NCBI GenBank assembly: GCA_963664225.1
Contig: OY760937.1
Location: forward strand, 5,719,427 to 5,783,426
DNA length: 64,000 nt
Reading direction: 5' to 3'
Source of the DNA: Verrucomicrobiia bacterium
Lineage (GTDB): Bacteria; Verrucomicrobiota; Verrucomicrobiia; Limisphaerales; UBA1319
Shown: in pieces, positions 57,869-64,000 of the stretch
How the letters are laid out: every line of letters begins with the position of its first letter
Position numbering within the stretch: position 1 is the first letter of the stretch
The notes under the pieces: model-generated
Database searches by the model: none
What the model saw: only the letters and a program-made list of their open reading frames with translations
Told to the model about the DNA's origin: nothing
Translations under genes and position numbers: made by a program

Positions 57869-58230
57869 TTACCATTTTAAACGATAATATGTGGCGTTGT
57901 CGGTGGCGGGCATGGTGACCTGATAAACCCCATTGCTTACCGATGGTGCCGTACCTGAATTGATCCAGTTTGCAGAGGTCAAATTAGTGCTCGTTTGGAG
58001 CCTGTAACCTGCATAAATCGATTGCGACCAGGTAACGACGACCGAATTCGTCATCAGTGTGGCAGTCACAATCGGAGTGGAAAACAGCCCATATACATTG
58101 AGGCGGTTGGAAAACGTGGCGAGATATACTTTTCCGTTCGCAACGGTGGGGGGCAGAACTTGGCAAAGTTTTCGACGGCATCGCGGACGGCCAACTGTTG
58201 GGAATTCCACAACTCGTGTCTGACGTTTCA
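57869..58230 (-). pseudogene. 3' remnant of a secreted beta-propeller protein with C-terminal putative sorting domain
   Basis: Two frames join as ELWNSQQLAVRDAVENFAKFC / PPTVANGKVYLATFSNRLNVYGL, followed by VVVTW...GYRLQTSTNL...W...YYRLKW. Confidence 0.65.
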
Positions 58231-58559
58231 GTATTTTGATGTGCCGGTTACCTCATTGCCGCTTATCTCGGTTGGCGCCTGTTACGAGCCATCAAAGACT
58301 CCGGTGATATCAATTCGAAGAAATAGAGTCGTATGAGGTGGAAATCCGTCTGGAGAGTGGAGGGTGGGGGTGCGACCCGAAGAGGCTGGCGCGGCAAAAT
58401 GCGGTGTCTCAGTTGCACTGGAAAATCAGGACCTCCCCCGCAACGGATGATCCGCTGCTGACGACATGACCGTGTGGATGAAATTCCATCGCAGGTATAC
58501 GAATCACCTTGGATTGCAGGAACCTTTACCCCGCTTTGGCTCGAAAACCAGCATAGACG

Positions 58560-58730
58560 CTGGGCCTCATGGACGCGTTTGGTGTGTTCGCCATCGATAC
58601 GTGCCTCCCGGGTTTTCCCAGAATTGCCAGGGATCTCGGCACCACCATCGGACCGGTGCATATCAACCTGGCTATGTTTCTGCTGGGGCTGGCGATCGAC
58701 CAATTCCTCGGGGGAACCCTCATCGATCAT
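58560..58730 (+). pseudogene. Bcr/CflA-family MFS transporter N-terminal fragment
   Basis: AFGVFAIDTCLPGFPRIARDLGTTIGPVHINLAMFLLGLAIDQFLGGTLID resembles degenerate TM1-TM2 (D.YLP.FP.IARDL). Confidence 0.65.
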
Positions 58731-58963
58731 GTTGCACAACTGACGCCACTGCTGGCCTGCTGACTGCTCTTCAGAGGCACTTCGGAATGCGCGGCACCAA
58801 CGTCAAGACAGTGTTGCTGATCAATCGAAGCAACCCACGCTGCTCAGTTATGCTGGTTCCTCATTTCACTTCCAAAATCATTGTGGTGATGGCTTCATCC
58901 GCGTCGCCCTCCAGTTGATCTGCAACGTGCGGATATTCTCAGAATGCGGATGGCTAATCAAAT

Positions 58964-59081
58964 CAGCCATATATTTGGACGTTCAATATACAGACCCATA
59001 ATAATCTTGCTTCGCAAGATTTATAACATGTTCACAATAAGCGTGATAAGTATATATTCAATAGTTTGGCACACCTCTTGC
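58964..59081 (+). promoter_or_regulatory. Upstream activator site (58964-58997) plus sigma54 promoter (59067-59081) of shc
   Basis: TGGCACACCTCTTGC (GG-N10-GC). The 34-bp element CAGCCATATATTTGGACGTTCAATATACAGACCC recurs at 63492-63525. Confidence 0.82.
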
Positions 59082-59118
59082 GATAAGCACGGCAAAATAT
59101 GAAATGTCGTCGCAATAC

Positions 59119-59199
59119 ATGAACACTGACAAAACCCAGAACGGTGAAACTGCCGGAACGAACCTCGCGTCAGTGGTAACGAAACAGTCTATATGCTAG
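59119..59199 (+). pseudogene. 26-codon thioredoxin-derived leader/remnant overlapping the shc start
   Basis: MNTDKTQNGETAGTNLASVV versus MNTDNTQNVEIGEKNFESVV of the gene at 63645. Its TAG (59197-59199) lies just inside the shc start (59193). Confidence 0.75.
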
Positions 59200-61286
59200 C
59201 GTCCTCGGCGCAGGTGAATGCAACCAGCCTCTCCTGCGGGAGCAAAAAATGCCTGGCAGAAGAGACCTCTCCGCTTAATCAAGCTATCTCGAAGGGTTTG
59301 CAGTGGCTGTCAGACCAGCAGCAACCGGAGGGCTTTTGGGTTGGCATGCTCGAATCAAACTGCTGCATGGAAGCGCAGTGGATTCTGGGGATGCATTTCT
59401 TAGGTGTGGAAAGCGACCCAAAGGTTCCGGGGGTGATTCGTGCCATCCTAAACGAACAGCGATCGGACGGATCCTGGGAGGTATATCACCAGGCGCCCAT
59501 GGGGGACATAAATACCACGGTCGAATGCTACGCCGCGTTAAGATGTTCGGGTTTTGCGGCAAATGATCCCCCGGTGCGGAAGGCACGGGAGTGGATACTA
59601 TCCCACGGTGGCCTGGGCAAAATTCGTAACTTCACTCGCATCTGGCTTGCTCTAATCGGCGAATGGCCGTGGGGACAAACCCCGGCAGTCCCTCCCGAAA
59701 TGATTTGCCTACCCACGTGGACTCCGTTCAATCTTTATTGGTTTGCCAGCTGGGTTCGGGCTACCATTGTCCCCTTGGCGATTGTCTCGGCCCGACGCCC
59801 TGTCCGCTATTTGCCGTCCAAATCCCGATTGGACGAACTATTCCCCGATGGGCGGGAACGATTCGATTATGCGATGCCGAAAAGGATGACAGGGTTTTGG
59901 CCCGCGTATTTCCGACTGAACGAGAAGTTGTTACACATATACATAAGCAGCCCTTGGAAACCAGGACGTGAGACTTCCATTAAACTGTGCCTGGAATGGA
60001 TACTGAGGCATCAGGATTCGGACGGAGCCTGGGGCGGAATCCAGCCGCCTTGGATATACAGCTTATTGGCGCTCAAGACAGAAGGTTACTTGTTGGGTCA
60101 TCCCGCGATACAGAAAGGCCTCGATGCCTGGAACCAGCACTGGTCTTACGAGAGGGATGGAGCAACGCATCTCCAGGCGAGCGAATCGCCAGTCTGGGAT
60201 ACGCTGCTAACTCTCCAAGCTTTGCTTGATTGCGACGCAACCGTGAACAGTTTTCCCCAGATGCTCCCCGCTCTGGATTGGATTCTGAACAAGCAGATTC
60301 TGGTCAAAGGCGATTGGGCGATGACGGTCAAGGGAGTCGAGTGCGGCGGCTGGGCCTTCGAGCGGGCGAATACGTTTTACCCGGACCTGGACGACACTGC
60401 CGTTGCCATCATCGTCCTGGCCCGAATCCGCAGGCGGGTCCCTGTGGAATACCACACGCGCATTGACACCGCACTCGAACGAGCTGAAGCATGGGTGAGG
60501 GCAATGCAGTCTTCGAGTGGGGGGTGGGGAGCTTTCGATAAGGACAATGACAAATGGATTCTCACCAGGATACCATTCTGCGATTTTGGCGAAATATTAG
60601 ATCCTCCCAGCGCTGATCTAACGGGGCACAAGCTGGAAGCACTCGGTCTCATGGGCTGCACCATAACTGACCCCGCCGTAAAACGTGCCGTGGACTATGT
60701 CATGAGCGAGCAAGAACCGGAAGGGAGCTGGTTTGGACGGTGGGGGGTCAACCACCTTTACGGCACCGCGCTGGTCTTGCCGGGGCTGCGGGCCGTCGGC
60801 TTTGACATGGAAGACCCGCGAGTTCGACGGGCTGGGCAATGGCTGGCATCCAAACAAAGTCAAGACGGCGGATGGGGTGAGTCTTGCGGGTCCTACATGG
60901 ATGATACCTTGCGGGGCACAGGCCCGAACACGCCTTCCCAAACCGCTTGGGCCTTGATCGGCCTGCTGGCAATTGGCGGTCACGAATTCGATCCCGCAAT
61001 ACGCCGGGGAGTAAACTGGCTGGTGAATCATCAGATGGCTGGCACATGGAATGAGCCAGACTACGTTGGTTGTGGTTTCCCGGGCTACGGAATCGGGGAG
61101 CGCATTGACCTGAACAAAAACACAACCATGCTTGCACAAGGCCGCGAATTGGCCCGCGGCTTCATGATCAACTACAACATGTATCGTCATTACTTTCCGC
61201 TTCAGGCGCTTGGTCGGGCACGCCAGCACCTAAGCAGTGCCACCAGAACAATAATGACGGACCGGGATGATCCGGTCCGACGCTGA
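59193..61286 (+). CDS. shc: Squalene-hopene cyclase
   Basis: Catalytic DLDDTA, multiple QW repeats (QQPEGFW, QRSDGSW, QDSDGAW, QEPEGSWFGRWG, QSQDGGWGES), SPVWDT, GFP, YRHYFPL. Confidence 0.96.
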   Translation: MLASSAQVNATSLSCGSKKCLAEETSPLNQAISKGLQWLSDQQQPEGFWVGMLESNCCMEAQWILGMHFLGVESDPKVPGVIRAILNEQRSDGSWEVYHQAPMGDINTTVECYAALRCSGFAANDPPVRKAREWILSHGGLGKIRNFTRIWLALIGEWPWGQTPAVPPEMICLPTWTPFNLYWFASWVRATIVPLAIVSARRPVRYLPSKSRLDELFPDGRERFDYAMPKRMTGFWPAYFRLNEKLLHIYISSPWKPGRETSIKLCLEWILRHQDSDGAWGGIQPPWIYSLLALKTEGYLLGHPAIQKGLDAWNQHWSYERDGATHLQASESPVWDTLLTLQALLDCDATVNSFPQMLPALDWILNKQILVKGDWAMTVKGVECGGWAFERANTFYPDLDDTAVAIIVLARIRRRVPVEYHTRIDTALERAEAWVRAMQSSSGGWGAFDKDNDKWILTRIPFCDFGEILDPPSADLTGHKLEALGLMGCTITDPAVKRAVDYVMSEQEPEGSWFGRWGVNHLYGTALVLPGLRAVGFDMEDPRVRRAGQWLASKQSQDGGWGESCGSYMDDTLRGTGPNTPSQTAWALIGLLAIGGHEFDPAIRRGVNWLVNHQMAGTWNEPDYVGCGFPGYGIGERIDLNKNTTMLAQGRELARGFMINYNMYRHYFPLQALGRARQHLSSATRTIMTDRDDPVRR

Positions 61287-61289
61287 GCC

Positions 61290-61715
61290 ATGCGCCGTTT
61301 TTCCCGGAAGAATTCCCTGGTGACATTGACCGAGATCAACGTCACTCCTCTACTGGATTTGGTGTTCGTGCTACTCATCATCTTTGTCATTACCACGCCC
61401 TTGCTGGAGCAGAGCATCCGCACGAACTTACCGTCGGGCGGCAGAAACGATGCCAAGAAACTGACCAAGGACGATATCCGCACCGTTGAGATCACCACCG
61501 ATGGGGATTACCGTCTGGGGGGCCAACCCATCAACTTTTCTCAGCTGGAAATTGAACTGACCCAGGCTCACGGCGCCAATCCAAATATGGTGGTATATAT
61601 CCGTGCGGACGAGAACGGGCCTTACAAGCACGTGGCGCGAGTCCTCGACATGTGCCAACGCGGAGAGATCACTCGGCTCTCTTTGCGCACCCAATCCGAC
61701 CGGCCCTCAAATTGA
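61290..61715 (+). CDS. ExbD/TolR-family protein
   Basis: EINVTPLLDLVFVLLIIFVIT (TM with conserved Asp), IRADENGPYKHVARVLD. Starts 3 nt after the shc stop. Confidence 0.9.
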   Translation: MRRFSRKNSLVTLTEINVTPLLDLVFVLLIIFVITTPLLEQSIRTNLPSGGRNDAKKLTKDDIRTVEITTDGDYRLGGQPINFSQLEIELTQAHGANPNMVVYIRADENGPYKHVARVLDMCQRGEITRLSLRTQSDRPSN

Positions 61716-61814
61716 ATGGACCGGCTGCAAAAAGGCTGGCTGGCTTCCGCAATCACCGACAGCGAAATCGCAGCGCGTCGCTAAAGGGGCGAAAAAGGGT
61801 TCTGAGAACCAAAG

Positions 61815-63446
61815 TCATTTTCCGGGGCGCTTGATCCCCATTCTCTTCATCCGCTCGAATATAGTGGTCGGTTTTACTCCCAGACGTTCCGCCGCTCCGT
61901 CTGGACCTTTGATCTTCCATCCGGCCCTTTCGAGAATCGTGATGAGGTTCTCGCGCTCACGCTGCTGCATTTCCGCCTCGGTGAAATACTCGTTGGCAGC
62001 CTTCCCGATGGGATGGGACGCGGATGAGGACGGAGGAAGGGGGGCGGTATCTGTCGTTGGTAAGTCGAAGAATAGAGCACCACCCCGTGCCAGGATGACT
62101 GCCCGTTCGATCACGTTGCGTAATTCCCGAACATTGCCCGGCCAGTCGTAATTCTGAAGCTTGGTTACCGCCGCCAGAGTCAGCCGGGGTTTGGGACATC
62201 TGAGTTCCTTCACCGATAGCTCGACGAAATGCTTCACCAGGAGCGGAATGTCATCCTTTCGCTCCTTCAGAGTGGTGACGTGGATCGGGAAAACGTGGAG
62301 CCGGTAATACAGGTCTTCACGGAAACGTCGGGCCGCCACTTCCTTCTTCATGTCCCGATTAGTGGCTGCGATGATTCGTACATTGGCATGCCGCGTTCGG
62401 TCATCTCCCACGCGTTCATAACGTTTTTCCTGCAGGACGCGCAGAAGTTTGGCCTGCATTTCCATGGGCAATTCCCCAATTTCATCCAGAAACAGAGTCC
62501 CGCCCTCGGCTGTTTCGAAACGACCTGGCCTGTCCTTGATTGCACTTGTGAAAGCACCTTTCACGTGGCCGAACAACTCGCTTTCAAATAACTCCTTGGG
62601 GATCGAAGCGCAATTGACCCGGACCAGCGGGTTGTCCTTGCGCCGGCTGCGACGATGAATCTCGTGCGCGACCAATTCCTTGCCGGTGCCGGTATCACCC
62701 AGGATCAGGACCGAGGCTTCCGTCGGTGCCACCAGGTCAATCTGGCTGACGATCTGTCGCAGGGCTGCACTTTGGCCGATCATGTCGCCGAAGGCCTTGG
62801 CTTCCACCACCTCCTCCTGCAAGTAGGTGTTCTGCTGTTCTAGCTGCGCCTTGAGCCGCTGAATCTCCTCAAAGTCCCGCGCGCTGACGATTGCGGCGCC
62901 AATATGGTCGGCAAAGATTTGCCCCCAAGGGAACACATCATCTGGCATGTCCTCACGGACAAATGCGGCTGCGACTCCCAAAGCCTCGCCTTTGAAAGTG
63001 ATCGGCGACCCAGTGAACACTCGAAGCCGTTCACCCTCTACCCAGTCAAACTCAGCCAACTCTTCGGGCCTTTTGTCCAAGTCTCTCAGAATAAGCTGCT
63101 GACCTGTCGCAACAACCTTTCCTACCAGGCCAATTCCCAGCGGCAACCGAGCGTTTGGATCGTCGAAACGCGGAACACGCACGGCGGAATCAGAGAACGA
63201 TTTGCCCCCGCCAGCAGCCAAGTGCAGGCAGCGGGTTTGATCAGGACACTTCGATCTTTGAGGACAAACGGAGCAGCGGTCTCCTTTATCAACCAACCAG
63301 ATTTGGACGCAGGCCACGTGAGTCCGCTCCATTGCACTCCGAATGATCCTTTGCAGCAGGCGCTCCACTGATTGCTCATGCGCGATATCCAAGAGCAAGC
63401 GCATGGCGAAATTCGGATTGAACCGAGTATCATTGTTTGATTCCAC
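61815..63446 (-). CDS. sigma54-dependent activator (GAF-AAA+-HTH, FhlA/NifA-like) with Cys-rich GAF insert
   Basis: GDTGTGKE, ESELFGHVKGAFTSA, FLDEIG, WPGNVRELRN, GAAERLGVKPTT. The GAF domain contains CSVCPQRSKCPDQTRC. Confidence 0.92.
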   Translation of the reverse strand: MESNNDTRFNPNFAMRLLLDIAHEQSVERLLQRIIRSAMERTHVACVQIWLVDKGDRCSVCPQRSKCPDQTRCLHLAAGGGKSFSDSAVRVPRFDDPNARLPLGIGLVGKVVATGQQLILRDLDKRPEELAEFDWVEGERLRVFTGSPITFKGEALGVAAAFVREDMPDDVFPWGQIFADHIGAAIVSARDFEEIQRLKAQLEQQNTYLQEEVVEAKAFGDMIGQSAALRQIVSQIDLVAPTEASVLILGDTGTGKELVAHEIHRRSRRKDNPLVRVNCASIPKELFESELFGHVKGAFTSAIKDRPGRFETAEGGTLFLDEIGELPMEMQAKLLRVLQEKRYERVGDDRTRHANVRIIAATNRDMKKEVAARRFREDLYYRLHVFPIHVTTLKERKDDIPLLVKHFVELSVKELRCPKPRLTLAAVTKLQNYDWPGNVRELRNVIERAVILARGGALFFDLPTTDTAPLPPSSSASHPIGKAANEYFTEAEMQQRERENLITILERAGWKIKGPDGAAERLGVKPTTIFERMKRMGIKRPGK

Positions 63447-63491
63447 TGGAGTTGAATCCTTTCAGAAACCGAACGGCTTCACAACTTTATT

Positions 63492-63608
63492 CGGCCAATA
63501 TATTGAACGTTCAAGTATAAGACCCGTATGCTGTCGACGTGAATGTATATGTAACACGTTGTAGTGCAATATAATATAAATATGTTATCAGGTTGGCACA
63601 GGTCATGT
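63492..63608 (+). promoter_or_regulatory. Upstream activator site (63492-63525) plus sigma54-like promoter (63594-63608) of the thioredoxin-like gene
   Basis: CGGCCAATATATTGAACGTTCAAGTATAAGACCC, then TGGCACAGGTCATGT (GG-N10-GT, non-consensus -12). Confidence 0.65.
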
Positions 63609-63644
63609 TTAAGGAGCGATAGAATATGTGATTCAATCAAAAGC

Positions 63645-63989
63645 ATGAACACGGACAACACACAGAACGTTGAAATCGGTGAAAAGAACTTCGAGTCGGT
63701 GGTTCTGATGTCAGAGCGGCCAGTAGTGGTGGTGTTCTTGGCTCCGTGGAGCCAAGCTTGCCGCATTATCAGACCTGTGCTGGACGAAGTCATGAGCGCG
63801 TGCGCCGGGAAGGTGAAATTCTTGAAGGTCAACGCGGATGACCATCCAGATCTTGGAATTTTTTATGACATCGAATCCATCCCAGCTTTGCTCTGCTTCG
63901 TCAGCGGCAAGGTGTGCGTCCGAATCGTCGGGACCGCCAGCAAAGAAGCGATTTTGTCCAAATTGGAGCCTTTCCTCTCCAGAGTTTGA
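63645..63989 (+). CDS. Thioredoxin-fold protein with SxxC (WSQAC) motif
   Basis: NFESVVL.SERPVVVVFLAPWSQACRIIRPVLDE...KVNADDHPDL...IESIP. Start at ATG 63645 (114 aa). Confidence 0.88.
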   Translation: MNTDNTQNVEIGEKNFESVVLMSERPVVVVFLAPWSQACRIIRPVLDEVMSACAGKVKFLKVNADDHPDLGIFYDIESIPALLCFVSGKVCVRIVGTASKEAILSKLEPFLSRV

Positions 63990-64000
63990 ATCCCCAACCC

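Overview
Bacterial window, most likely from a Verrucomicrobiota (Pedosphaera-like) genome; this is inferred from protein styles and not verified. It has three parts. (1) 1-26.5 kb is core/housekeeping DNA: glgB (truncated by the window edge), a PfkB kinase, a membrane multiheme NapC/NirT-like cytochrome c, a GxGYxYP putative glycoside hydrolase, gatB, three large secreted lamin-tail-domain proteins (the middle one with a CotH kinase), a PAS hybrid histidine kinase, lnt, lepA and lepB. (2) 26.5-44 kb is an accessory island starting right after lepB. It holds a minimal Mu-like element (AAA ATPase, DDE transposase, divergent XRE repressor, no phage structural genes), many IS, group II intron and defence-gene remnants, and one intact 7-gene module. 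That module is an ECF-type sigma factor, a small putative anti-sigma and an IrrE/ImmA (CapP-like) metallopeptidase, transcribed divergently from a ubiquitin-like conjugation operon (Ubl ending in Gly, E2-fold protein, JAB-E1 fusion, DUF6527). It is the best candidate for an undescribed system: a protease-triggered sigma switch controlling a bacterial ubiquitination operon. (3) 44-64 kb is a sigma54-controlled Group II Mo-nitrogenase cluster (nifA-H-I1-I2-D-K-mop-GNAT-E-N-B-fdx-V-orf). It is followed by a squalene-hopene cyclase/exbD pair whose sigma54 promoter and upstream activator site appear to be a duplicated copy of the promoter and first codons of the thioredoxin-like gene next to a Cys-rich GAF sigma54 activator. 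I saw no rRNA, tRNA or CRISPR array. All family assignments come from motif recognition by eye; no database searches were run.
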